Shown here piece after piece: positions 43,611-56,248 of a stretch of DNA of 64,000 nucleotides (position 1 is its first letter; every line of letters begins with the position of its first letter). The stretch is from contig NC_134026.1 in NCBI RefSeq assembly GCF_964204645.1, forward strand, positions 2,503,950-2,567,949, in the 5' to 3' direction. A program made the translations under genes and the position numbers. The notes under the pieces are model-generated. The model saw only the letters and a list, made by a program, of their open reading frames with translations, searched no databases and was not told the DNA's origin. The DNA comes from Tubulanus polymorphus (taxonomy: Eukaryota; Animalia; Nemertea).

Positions 43611-46600
43611 TTAACTGGCTGCAGCTTTCTGCGTGAAGTGTGCGAGAGACGACTGTTCAGTTGATAACTGAGTGAATTCAACCTCTTCTTCGTTACTGCC
43701 ATCACTTCCATCAGCTGAAAATCGTCACCAAATATCCAGAGTCCGATCTAAGCACTTGCGCGATTGCCCAGGACAAGTATATTCTCATAAGAGTAAGTAG
43801 GTTATCATTATCACTTTTCCACCGGGCTAGTAGTGCTTTGTCTCAAAGCTTTTTTCCCAATCAATAGATGATTGTGCCGCCAGTCGGACTGCTTGTGTAG
43901 GGCAAGTAAGTTATTGAGGGGGCAAATGAAATTACAGATATGCTCGCCCCTCCGGACAAGTGGCTTTTGTTCCTTAGATCGGAACCTGAATATCAAAATA
44001 TAAAATATCGTCATGCATTAAATGGCAAATATGGGAAATAACTTTAAAAGAATATACAAACCTCCAGTTTGAGAGACTGGTTTGTACTTATGTGATGGAG
44101 CGTACAATGAGAGTAGTGCAAACACATATACATTCCACATACCATAAACACCTAGAAAATATATACGAATTGTTATTAAATTCTAATCGACACAGAAACC
44201 ATATTTTCTATTCAGTTTATTTTAGTTAACGAACCTGTGAAAAATGCACTCGTGTATTCAAGTGTGATATCCTCATCCCATTTCCACTGCCCCTCGCTCA
44301 CTTGACTTATAATGAAGAAAATGACAGTCATAGCAGCGCAGAGAAGTGTCGTCAACATGAGTACTTTAAAACGCAGAATCAGACCCTGAAATATATTGAT
44401 GTTTGTAATTCACATTCGATTTTTTCTCATTTCTTAAAAACGTAATACCAGGATCTTTTGCACGTAAATTCTGAGCTCTAAAGTGTAATGCATGAAAAAA
44501 GGATTGAAATATTTTTACGACATTATTCTTAAATTCTTTCAGATTTTTTCAAATTGTTCACAATTCTTCAAACAGGCATCCATTTCCAGAATTTTCACAT
44601 TTTCCACATCAATCTGACCACCTTTATACGAATTCTGATTTCTTCATAGAGTCTATTGAGACTGTTACATACCAAATAATATTTACGTCTGGCCTTCGTC
44701 ATTTCGGGCAGTGCCGATTTCTTAGCGCTGATGTTGCGAAACACGAGGTAAATCATCCAAGACAAAAAGAAGAAATACATGGAGGCCGCGATACCCGCCA
44801 TTATAACGAAAGCCAACTAGAAACAAGTGAAGGAAAACGAAAAATTTACAGGAATACTATCAGGCAATATCCAAGATTCTTTTGAAATTTTAATTCAAAC
44901 CTGAACACAAGAGCTACAGTATACCTAACCATGTCGGAATTAGATGGAATTTACTTTATATCATCAAGAGTTCATATTTGCTATTGTTGACACGTAATTC
45001 TAGAAGATGAATTAAAAAGGATACAGCCAGTTTAGTACCAATGTCAGTCACCCAAATACTGAAGAATGGATTGTATAACTGCACACCTCTGAAAAGACAA
45101 AGAGATGAAACCTAACCGTCCCGACGCATCGGATGATATTCCATGAGAAACTTCTCTCACCTTTCACACATCTCAAACACAAACAAACAGATACAACCTC
45201 CGGCTACAGCACTCAGATGTTTCCAGTACAATACGAGTTTGTTTCGTTCAACTTGATCCTGATTTTTGGGAAAAAATAAAATTCTTAAGCAACCTGATTT
45301 TCTAGTAAGGATACCATTAGCGATGCACATGCTGGTTCAATCAAGTCATCTCCGTTGGATGCATATATATATATATATATATTTGCATGTCATTTTGCGT
45401 GATGTCATAATGCTATATATCCAGTTTAGATCATTTTCATTATTTTTGATTGTTTGGACTTTTAACAAATAGCATTGTAGGATTGCTTGCAAGCACCGAT
45501 ACATACTTTAGATTTGTGTACGATAGTTTCCAAATCAACTGTCAGATCCTTTCCAAAAATCAGATAACATGGAATTTCAACAGAAATGCATCAATATATG
45601 CGCATTGATAAGATTACTCGCTGGTTAATCTTTTTAAGACAGATATTCTGATAAATGTTTACCCTGATTGTAATGATTATAGCGATGATAAACTTAAAAA
45701 AAGAAAATATTTTCGTTCTCAAAGTGACGTAAAAATTCATAATTTACCATGAGATGTTCACCGGCGAATATGATCCAGAAACACATCAGCATAGCGTAGA
45801 AAATACCCTGTCTTATATCAGTTAGAAGCAACATGAAAGGCATGTTCACCGTTAACGTCAACCATTCTATAGGCACTAAAATCATAAATTCGACAAGTGA
45901 AGGACTACAATAAGGTTTTGAAAACAATTAAATTCAAAATAAAGATGCAAAAAACTTACAGTTTAAGAATGAAAGAGAACACCCTAAAGCCAGCAACATC
46001 CTGCAAAATGAAACATATTCTTACTATTAGAAATGTTAAGATTATGGTCGAAGATTCGTGAATAAAATGACGTTAAGACTTACTTCTCGAGTAGATTCGG
46101 TGGACGATCCAAGATGCTAACTCTTCTCCAGAACCAGATCAACACTGTCAACAGAATCGGAAACAGAGTCGTCTTCAACGAGAACCAAACTTTAGTAAAT
46201 CCACCGTTCTGATGAATCGTCTGAAATCACAAACAAAATGCATCAAGTACAAAAATAATAAACGATTTGTAAGAATCGCGATACGCTCGTTACGATGATA
46301 ACTTACGATCAAGTGAAGGTCAACTAGTTTACCGATGTGATCGTTTTGAGGTGTTTTTCGAAGGAAGTCCCAGGTCGGTAGTCGTATGTTCACCAGATAA
46401 TAATCATGATGACAACTTCCCAACTCAAATAATGATAACAGCGAACAATTATAATAGTATCCGGCTATTTTCTGTAAGAAAATATGTACCATAACCAAAT
46501 ATATCCACTCTTAAAAACAATAATCATTTCTAGCAGCAAGGCATTCACTCTTATTTATCTCAAAATTTCATTCCAGATTCTTCAATACGTAGTTCATCAA

Positions 46601-49600
46601 CACATAGGCCTATTCAGTATTCCTGAAGATAACTATTAGAATATAGTCAAAATGTTGAATAAACTACTCGCTCTAGGAAACATTTTCGGACTTTCTATAA
46701 TTTTGTCATTATCATTGTAGGATTCCCTACATATTATCAGTACATAACGAATACCGGTATCTTGAAAACCTCCATTTGGATTTTACTCACATGGACTTCG
46801 TCTATAGAGCAGTCAAGAGCTCTAGTTTCATCAGATCGAGCCAGTTCCGTCCAGGTATCCGGAGGATCCCACTTGTTTCTATAACCAAGACGAATGTCCA
46901 TCTTCATCACTGGGTTGTCACCTAAAAAACACATCGTCATTATAGTTAGAAGAAATTTCAATCCTGTTTGTGATAAGTAAGTGAGCACAATTACGCGCAC
47001 TCACCGGCGATCGAACCCGGGTCTCGTACCGATAAAAAACCAAATGTACAAGCCAGTAGACCAATAGGATTAGTCAAAGCTAGTGCCATGGATTTCGTAT
47101 AAAATGCTCAAAGCTGGCAGCTACATTCCAACTTAGTCAGTGGTTAAACATCTTAAAGGTCATATTTGATTAGGCCTTACACTTTTACAATAAAATAGTC
47201 AGTTTAAAAAAAGATATCATAACTCAAGTCAAGAATCAATCTAGAATAGTTTTTACTGATGATACATCAATCATATATCAATAATTTCGAATTCAAGAAA
47301 TTCACATAGGAATCGATTTCGCAAATTTCTTTTCATTTTCATTGCTTTCGAAATATATCAATATCAATATATTTCTGATTGAGTTTGTAGTGAAACTGGA
47401 GTCTATATCTCAAATTATCCCATTAGAAATATTGATCTTACCCATTTTATTCAATTCATCGTATTCAACATCAAGCTGAAGTACGGTTAGAAAGTTCTGG
47501 AACCATCGAGAATAATCCAACTTCACGTCGTCTCGAGGCAACGGCAGTTGAAACGTGAATACGATTTCTTCGGCCTTGATTGATTTCGCTTTGATTTTTG
47601 GATCGCTGTAACCCGCCACCGAGTCGCAACCTTTACCATCCTTCAAGTCGCTACGACTGAAAGACCATTCGTCCTGTTTGACCGGATAGTTTTTATCGAC
47701 GCACCAGGTCCCTAAAACGCTCACAGCAGAAGACGGGGAAGGAGCTGAAATAACAAACAATGATATACAAAATTTTGAAAAAATCAGAATTTGAATCTGG
47801 TGGTTCATCCTGTACAACCATACATCAGATTCATAGTTACATAGTTATGAAGGAAATCTTGGGAACGTCAGTCTAGAATCATCAGTTCATCATGAAAGAT
47901 TTTGGGTTCATTTAATGAAATTATTCATTGACCAATTTTATCTTACCTAAATCTCTTGTCATTTAAAACAGTTATTTTCAACAGAGGAGCATACAATACT
48001 TAACAGTATGATACACAAGTCTTCATTATGGAATATTCTCATGAGATCGTTAATTGGATTCAAGTGGGCAATTATAGAAATTGTAACCAATTCCAATTAT
48101 ATCAAGAGCAAGAAAACGTTTGTGCGTTTGTCCATAAAACAAATATTGTAAGAGATCTTAAGCCCCGAGGGCATTAATTTTCCTTTGTCCGCGCTCAACT
48201 TGTCTGATATTCCTTCGCAAATACCGACAGGCAATTAACCAAAGCAGAAGAATCGTTATTCTGTCTGTAGCAGATCGGTTGATCTTTTATCGCACGCGGA
48301 TCTCTCAAAATACAGACATGTTTTACAAGTAGCGCTGACTATTGATGTGATCAAATGAGTAATACCGACTATACGATAAATCAGATACTTCCAAGAATCA
48401 CCACTGCTAGTCAACACTGGATACACCTACGAATCTACGCGTGCTTCCTTTCCTAAGAATTCATCCACTATAGAATTGTATCAGGATTTATTCAAGCATT
48501 TTCGGTTTCATAATAAAAATCAGTGAACAGCTAAATTTCTAATAATTCTAGTTAGAGAAATATATCTGATTGATTATCTACCGAATAATGACGTCATGAA
48601 TATATTCAAAATGATTATTAGGTTTACAGTGAAATACAAATCAAAAATGGAGAGACTCTATAGCCTAAACTACAAATGTAAAACATCAGTCAACACTCAG
48701 AGAATTTAAGATATGTCACACTATACAACATTAAATACAGCGTTGATTGTTTGGAACACAATGAAATGGTTTATTGTAGGCTTAATTGGTTAATAGAGAA
48801 AACACCTTTTATGATATTGAAACTAGTTCTATGAATGACTGCCATAAAAGGTACTTCTTTTCTCTTGTAGGAGATAGTGATATGATACCTTTCAATATAG
48901 GCCTAACACTACATTGAAAATATCTAAAAAAAACATTGGTTTTCAGATGAAGATATAGCCTAATTAGACTGAGGAAAATACACACTGTATCCCCACATTT
49001 GTTTTGTTTACTGCTGCAATAACTTCATATAGGCTATCTCATATGCAGTTGTAATCCCAATATTTGTCACATTACTCAACTCCTAGGAGTCATCAAAACA
49101 ACATGAGCAAGTGAAGATTCTCTGTAAAGGCTCATAGGCATCCACATTTAAAAAACTGATAAAGCCTCAAAAGAAAAGTGTCACGAAATATTAAATTAGA
49201 TAACAATAGCCACGATAAGCGTTTTGGCCCGGGCAAAATATGGCCTGACCAATAAAGTTGGACCAGGCCCGAGCCAAATTTTGGCACGGGACAAAAATGA
49301 TTGCGTTTGAATTGCAACTGGTTCTGGAAATGACTTTAAGTATCAAGTGAGTGGTTTGTGTGCACGCACTTCAGCAGTCCGGGCCAAATCATCTCCGTGT
49401 GATTGCGGTCAAATTGAAGTATTTCTTCTAGTTCTTCCTATTACTGGCCAACTTCAACATGCTGAAGATTTTTGCCAGGTACGGACTTTTGTTGTTAAAT
49501 CAGTGAGTCGACCAGCACTGATATGTGTCCTGCCCGAATGCATGGTTTCACTAGGATTCGAACCCTCAAGCTCAACCTCTCAGTTGTGAGTCAAACACAC

Positions 49601-49883
49601 CACCGCCACAGGACAGGACAAGCACGATAATCATACATCCTATATCTAGAGGTATAATTCTTATTGTTGCAATTAAACGTTTCATTTTAACCATACAATT
49701 CAATAGATGTCGTTGGTTGGTATGGTAGTGCCTGGTGAAATTTTTTTAATGAAGTCGAAATCAAAAGAACTACTCACCAATTTTACCCCCGATCAAGAAG
49801 AATACAATTTGACACACTAACAGGATACCCAGTAATATCAGTAACTTCTTTGTACTTAGCGTTTCCAACACTACACCGCCCAT
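43611..49883 (-). CDS. WLS: Wntless/Evi/GPR177 Wnt secretion factor, multi-exon with one U12-type intron
   Basis: [14 protein letters not shown]..., [75 protein letters not shown]...LYAPSHK; ends TQKAAAS*. Confidence 0.97.
43737..43988. mobile_element. hAT-like MITE in the last WLS intron
   Basis: TIRs cagagtccgatctaag / cttagatcggaacctg, 6-bp flanking duplication aatatc, internal acttg(c/t)cc subterminal motifs. Confidence 0.8.
45363..45382. repeat. (AT)n microsatellite
   Basis: Direct reading. Confidence 0.85.
46998..47090 (-). mobile_element. tRNA-derived sequence (SINE head or tRNA pseudogene)
   Basis: A-box-like TGGTCTACTGG and B-box/T-arm ccgggttcgatcgccgg at tRNA spacing, with an internal T6 run. 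Confidence 0.55.
49500..49615 (-). mobile_element. Degenerate tRNA-derived SINE fragment
   Basis: gagggttcgaatcctagtg B-box preceded by an anticodon-arm-like tttgactcacaactgaga. Confidence 0.45.
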
Positions 49884-50727
49884 TGTCGTCTTCCAGGCGT
49901 CGTTATTCTAAAGCAAGAGATGAAAGAAAATGAGTATGACTCCTTGCGAAAATCCAAACCCGGAAATGAAAATAATCCTTTGCAATTACAATACACCGGC
50001 ACGTGCTGCCCTCTGTGATCGGGTAGAACCATTGCGAATAGCAGGGTGAGCGGGCTCCTAAAAGAATAAAAAAATCTAATTTCAAGTAACACACCTTTTA
50101 ATGATCAACTTCACTTCATTTGTTAGGTTTTAGGACCAATCTAATTTTCGAAAATAGTACTTTTTTCCATACGACACGGGATAATAAAGCGTCCATCTTT
50201 GAAAACTCACAATCTTTCTCACCTCCTCAAACGATACAATGTGATTGTCCTTTCTCAGTGTCATAGCGCGGCTCGTACAAAACATCTCTGATCCATTCAC
50301 ACTATTCGTGTCGTCGGTCGGTACGTACGTTAGCCTTGTTTTGCTCTCTCGCTTTTAAGTCCAGTAGGCTACCATTTACTACGGCACTTTTAAACTCAAA
50401 TTGTTAATGGATCTGACTCATTTATCTGTCTGTCCAGTGGGACATTATAATAGTTTGCCAAATCCGCATTGTTGACATTCCATTTCCACATTTGGTCAGT
50501 GATGCCGTCGTGTGGAAGAAGTGGATGCAAAAATGCTCGATTGTGAGACTGTAGGCCTACCCCTGCCCTGCAGTCTCCATCCGATCCCGTCAGGTGGAAA
50601 ATCAAAAGTCCACCCTGATCATTCCGACGATTCGCTACATCATACAAATTCTAATTAACTGTTATCAATAAGAATCAATGATCACTTTTATTTTGGTAGT
50701 GAATCTGCCGTCGATTGATTGTGAAAA

Positions 50728-51726
50728 ATGGAACCAACGAAAAATGATCACGATAATGCTCATGTTACAAGTGATGAACATTATCCCCTCAATGGCAGGT
50801 ACTGTAGGTCTATGCCTAATATACAGTTGAATTTTAAAAGGGGGTGTATAAAAGGAAATTGATTTTTGCAGTGGCAGGGACGTAGAGTGGCAACAGGTGC
50901 CTGTGGGCGGGTCCTCCCTCAGCATTTACAATCAATAATTCTTTTTTCCTTACATTTTCCAATATTCTTTTCAACAACAATCTCTCCCTGTAAACCACCC
51001 CTGGAATTGTCGGAATGGTGGATACTTCGAAGTAATGGCAGGTGTTTCGGGTGGTGGAATTTGTCATGAAAAAAACTCTCCGAATTCCATTTTAGCGACA
51101 AATCCGCAGCTCAAGACATCGAAAATACGGGAGACTCAGAAGTAACCTACAGCAAAACGTTTCGCGATAAAGCGCGTCAACTATTCGATGAAATCAATTA
51201 TAATAGAAAACGAGATAACGACCTTCTCAATGCTTACAAAAAAGCCATAGATTTACAAGTAAGTGAAGAAATATGGTTTAAAGTGTGAAGATTTCAAAAC
51301 AAATTTCAATTTATCGTTAATCAGTATCTAATGTCTGTGTGTAAAAATCTAAAGAAAAATGGCGTTCAATTTGGGTGTTGGTTTTTTACGACAAGATTCC
51401 TATGTAAATGTTAGGCATTACATGTTAGACTTTATGAACTGAATATCACTTAATCAAGCGTATGAAAATTCTAGATTGATTGATTGATACACACAGCATG
51501 TAGTTGTTACAGATAGGTTTCATATTACGTATAATTTCAGATAGAAAAAAGTTACGATCTCGTCGAACAAAATGTGTACAACTTGTACACAAAACAGGGC
51601 GCAATTCTCCAGGAAAAAACGCGGAAATTATTCGAGATTTTGGACAATGTCGGAAAACTGGAGGAAGAATTAGAACAGTTTAAACATTCATTAACAGTTT
51701 TGTACGCGGACTTACAGAAAACTTAA
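50728..51726 (+). CDS. SYCE2: Synaptonemal complex central element protein 2-like, 139 aa; exons 50728-50798, 51096-51258, 51541-51726
   Basis: Phase-compatible GT-AG splicing gives RDKARQLFDEINYNRKRDNDLLNAYKKAIDLQIEKSYDLVEQNVYNLY...ILQEK...LEEELEQFKHSLTVLYADL. This aligns without gaps to the human SYCE2 core recalled from memory (KRAQELIENINKSRQKDHALM...LEERIYQIY...IIQEK...LETELKQVCHSVETVYKDL). Confidence 0.8.
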
Positions 51727-52332
51727 AACAATCGTTTTAGGTGGCGTTTTATGTAGATAGGCGTTTTACATACAATCACAATGATTTCATGTTCCTGTTA
51801 TTTAGAGATTCCCAATGGAAACAATATTATATATCAAATTGATGTAATATTGTTCGAGTATATATATGTTGTTTTGAAATACAGTTATTTTTTTGTATTT
51901 TCTGTTTTAAACGGCAATGATTTATTCATTAAATATCCCTGATATCGCGGATGGCATAAAACGATTAAACATTCTTTTGAATTCTACGTAAGTCGAAGCT
52001 GTTATAACGCTGCAATCGTTTTTAACGCCTCTGCTCACTTAAAATGCCGACATTTTTTTCATAGAACAAATTTGCTCAAAGTAACACAAATTCAATGGAT
52101 TCTTTATGACGCCAAATCCGTTATAACGCCATGTTTTTCATAGGTACCACAGCGGCAAAGGACTTTTACCGTATATGTAACAGTATATAATGACAGGGCC
52201 TAACTTTAAAATACCAAAATTAAAATTACAAAAAGACAATCAGTTTTACAGCACATCTAGTGTATATTACATATATTTACGCGTTATATATTTAACAAAA
52301 GAACTAAAAACAAAACGACATGATTCAAAAGT

Positions 52333-53516
52333 TTATCTGCCCTGCTCCTGGTATTTGACCACACTCGACGTTGGGTCTGGCATCTCAACCTGCAAAATAC
52401 AAAACATTTTCATAATACATTATCATACAACCGAAGCAAAGGAAATGAGATGTTGAGTTCTTTTCAAACTATCATCCCGTCATCTGTAAATATTAATTAA
52501 GATTCTATTAATATTCAATTGATTATTTCCAGTGACCGTAAATTCTAGGCAAGAGGCAAAACACCGCGGACGCGTCGCCATGGCAACCGGACGAGGATAC
52601 GGATCGTCGTCAGTGGCTAGGCGCAATTACGTTTGAAAAAAAAAAGATTTTTAGATTCCGGAATCGTTTTATAACAAACTCGTGCGTCGTGATGTGAGTG
52701 TGAAATCAATGACAGTTTGGCCACTACTGACCCGTAAAACCTGGAAAATTCATTACACGTGGGAACTCAGGAATTTGGCGATCCTTTGGGAAACCTGAAA
52801 ACAATTTGGATGCTATTTATTGCCCACGCGTTTATTCGTAAATACGTGATATTCATGAAACAATGAATTAACTGTAACATTTTTAATCAAAAAGGTTTCT
52901 CCAATTCACACGCACATTCACTCGGGGAATTTCGCGTTGTAACATGGACAGCCCTGTAAATAACTTGAACTTACATAAAACCTAAACGTTTGTTAAATAA
53001 GATAGGTCGAATAAATCTACAGAGGTGGTTTGATTTCAAAAAAGAATAATTCGACACGTAATTTAGGTCAAGTTTTTTTAATGTTTTCAATTCGATTGAA
53101 ATTCAATTCACGAAACAAAAAAGGGCCGCTATTCATACATGATGTAGTTGTGGGCTAATTCTGACACTTGAGTTAGAGAATAGATTAGCTCGTTTCTTAA
53201 TTTTACTATCAATTCGAGTTTTAACCCCCAATTGCCCGACTGGGGGTCCTGTACGGTCAGTATTTTTCAAACTTACCTGCGTCTCGCAGTTACACGCACA
53301 GTTATTCGAGCATTGAGCCCGATAGTTCAACGCGCTGACGATAAAAAACACCAGACCAACAATCAGAAATATTCCGCCCAAAAGTACGAACACGAACTCT
53401 TTCTTTTTCAATAAAATCGCGGCTGATTCGGATTTTTTATTCGGCTGCTCCTGTTCGACGAACGACTCCCTCTCCTCATCGGCTGCTGCAGCTGTGTGAT
53501 CGGCTGACTCCGGCAT
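52333..53516 (-). CDS. Orphan small single-pass (probably type II) membrane protein, ~98 aa; terminal exon uncertain
   Basis: Exon 53516-53277: acidic N-terminus, KKK, hydrophobic span FVFVLLGGIFLIVGLVFFIVSAL, CSNNCACNC, then a phase-0 gtaagt donor. Best terminal exon is 52389-52333 (VEMPDPTSSVVKYQEQGR*). Confidence 0.65.
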
Positions 53517-55214
53517 TTTCCTGATGGATAATTGAAGAAAAATATCCGACGTTACTCGAGACACCGAATGAACCACCATTAATTAAACTTGCGTCCCACG
53601 CCTGTTTCAATAAGATCTAATTTCAGCATCTAATCATTCATTTTGATAAGTGAATGGAGAATGTCGCGCTACATATATATCAAAATTGGAACTTCACACT
53701 AATGAGGAATCCATGGTTACTTCAAAATACCCTTTTCGTAACGGATATTTCAATACAAATAGCTTGTAAATATAGTCACCACTGAATTCATATCTAGTTA
53801 ATCCGGATGATATACTGACACATTCACACCGCGTTTGTTTCTATCGTTGATGTTGAAGTAAGCTATACAGTACGGCTGCGCGAATGTTGCAAAACTTGAC
53901 AATTGAAATGTGAATTATTCAATACCGAAACCAAGCTAATATTAACAGGAAGGGGATGGTGACATAGATATAGTTTCCCAGGTCTATTCCTCCTAGCGAG
54001 TGATCAGTGAGCTTCAAGTTTTTCAACCGGGCTCTGCACGTTCATAAAACGTGATTATAGGCCCTATTGTACAAAAGACGATCAAAACTTTCAAAAATGG
54101 TCATTTGAAATTGAAAAGAAATATCAACTTTGTCATAATTTTTCCACGATTAATGAAGTAATTTGTTAAGTACTGTATTACTCTCGTAAAAGATATATAT
54201 ATTAATCAAATCTGTTTTGTAAATGACGATACGCAGTATGAGTTACAGTATTATGCGAAATCAGTCACTCGTAAAATGCAAATAAACAGAACTTCATGAG
54301 ACCAATTAATCTCTCATAATATGTAGATGTACATAATTCTACAAATATATACTCGATGACGGAGTTTACTTACCGTCTTGCTCAATGAAATACCAACAAC
54401 AACCGCCGACTGCAGATCATACCTTCTCTATTAAATTCTCGTTTAAAACCATATACAGATCGAGGTGTAATGCAAGTAGGTACCGCAGTACTGGTGAAAC
54501 CCGTTTCTAGTGCTGTTCACATGCATAAATTGAACTTTCAATAAGACTCTTTTGTATGAAGTGTTTGACAATCTTGCGAGGAATATACTATTGCGGTGAC
54601 CGTCGAGTATATTTATCTGAGCTGAATCTACAATTTCTAGTTTCTTCTCGCGATGAATTGCTAATGACGTTAATACTTTCGGTAAATGAGCAGAGACACT
54701 GGACGGAAGCTACAGTTTGACGTCGTCTTCACGGGGGTCACACCGTCACGGACAGCAGATCTAAATCGTGATGGGCATCTTCACCAGAAACGAACAAATT
54801 ATCATTGATAGAATAATAACACAAATATTTATTATCTATTTCATTACAAAACATTATATATGATGAAATCTGTATCACAGGGATTTGTTTATTTATTTAT
54901 GTTTCTAAATTATATATTTATATCATCAGTCAAATAAACGACCATTTAGTTATCAAGTTAGATGTAAATACATATAAACTCTTGTAATTGGCACTTTGAT
55001 GATAAAACGTAAGGAATAGCATACTTGATTATTCAGTACGAAAGCTATTATTTTGGTTGTCAGGTTTTTTCGCGTAACTATTTCGTTTTTTATATCAGTA
55101 ATCTCGAAATTGTTATAAAATGCCCAAATAAGTTTCACTGTGGTGAAATTGGCCCGAATTTATCTATTTCTCTGACATTATATAGGATTGCGTATCCAAC
55201 TTTATTTCGACACC

Positions 55215-56248
55215 TTAAAGACAATCCTTTCCCAGGATCTTCAATAACCACTCAATATCGGTTCCTGGTAGATCTTTGCCAGATTTGTACAAACTGCACA
55301 AATTATCCAGATTATTAGAAGTAGTTGTCGTCGTAATGGGGGTCGTCGTTTTACGAGTAGTGGTAGTAGTTATTGGAGTAGTAGTTGTCGGAGGAGTAGT
55401 TGATATTGGAGGATTAGTTTTAATCGTTGGTTTGATAGTACTAGTTTTAGAGGTAGAACTACGACCGGATGCTGTAGTCCGTAGCTGTGACGTCACTGTA
55501 GTTCTATCAACCACAGTTATAGGTATTTGTTCTGGTTGCCTTGTTTCAGGTTTGGCAATTACTTCTGGCGGTGGCAATTCAGGTTCAGTATCCCTGAAAG
55601 AATAATCAAGTGGAGTAAAGGTTTTACTCATGAAAACAAAAGCCTCCAAGCGCACATCCCTCCTTCGTAACTCACCACCAAGGTTCTACGTCATCTTCCG
55701 TTTCATCTGATATTGCTGCACCAAGCCGAATTCCCTCATCATCACCCATAATACCCTGGAGAAAATATCAACATGCGTCCGGTATTAAAAACTCTGTCAT
55801 TTGAGTAAATTATGTAACCTCGGCAGATGGACTTATAAAACGAACGCGGCAGCACAAACAAAATCAAATAAGAACATAATTTCTCTTTTTCAATTTGTGA
55901 AAAAATACGATAATTGAAATATAGAAGGGAACTTACGGAGTTATCCCCTAAACATGAACAATTACAGAGTAATACGGTACTGTTATCATCTGTTGATAAA
56001 GGACATTCGTTTCTCGTGTATATAAATCCTAAAATCATTAATGCTTGTCCCGCTATCAAACACAAAGATCCAATTAATACCATTATAAATCCAGATTTGT
56101 CCACGAAGAATGAACCCTCATCAGGCGGAGGTAGACAACCGCCGGAATTGGATTTTCCTCGAAGTCGAGCCTTACGCTCCGTAGCGATATCTCTTCCCAT
56201 GCTATCCTGTTTGTAATGACCCTTTATCCGTCTTTTACTACGTACCAT
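55215..56248 (-). CDS. Orphan type II membrane protein with Thr-rich mucin-like stalk, ~256 aa; exons 56248-55937, 55755-55676, 55593-55215
   Basis: Basic N-terminus, TM FIMVLIGSLCLIAGQALMILGFIY, CNCSC, an acidic exon 2, a PTTTT-rich stalk and a C-terminal C...C segment. Splice phases 0 and 2 are compatible. Confidence 0.78.

Noticed and set aside
43811-44014. 67-aa ORF in the last WLS intron as a separate gene
   Set aside because: Lies largely within a TIR/TSD-bounded MITE.
46998-47090. Functional tRNA gene
   Set aside because: Internal T6 Pol III terminator and poor acceptor-stem pairing.
52580-52636. 18-aa ORF with strong Kozak context (MATGRGYGSSSVARRNYV)
   Set aside because: Too short, no supporting splice structure; the ATG is the centre of the X-box-like palindrome.
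55276-55605. Val-rich 109-aa + strand ORF
   Set aside because: Antisense of the Thr-rich mucin stalk.
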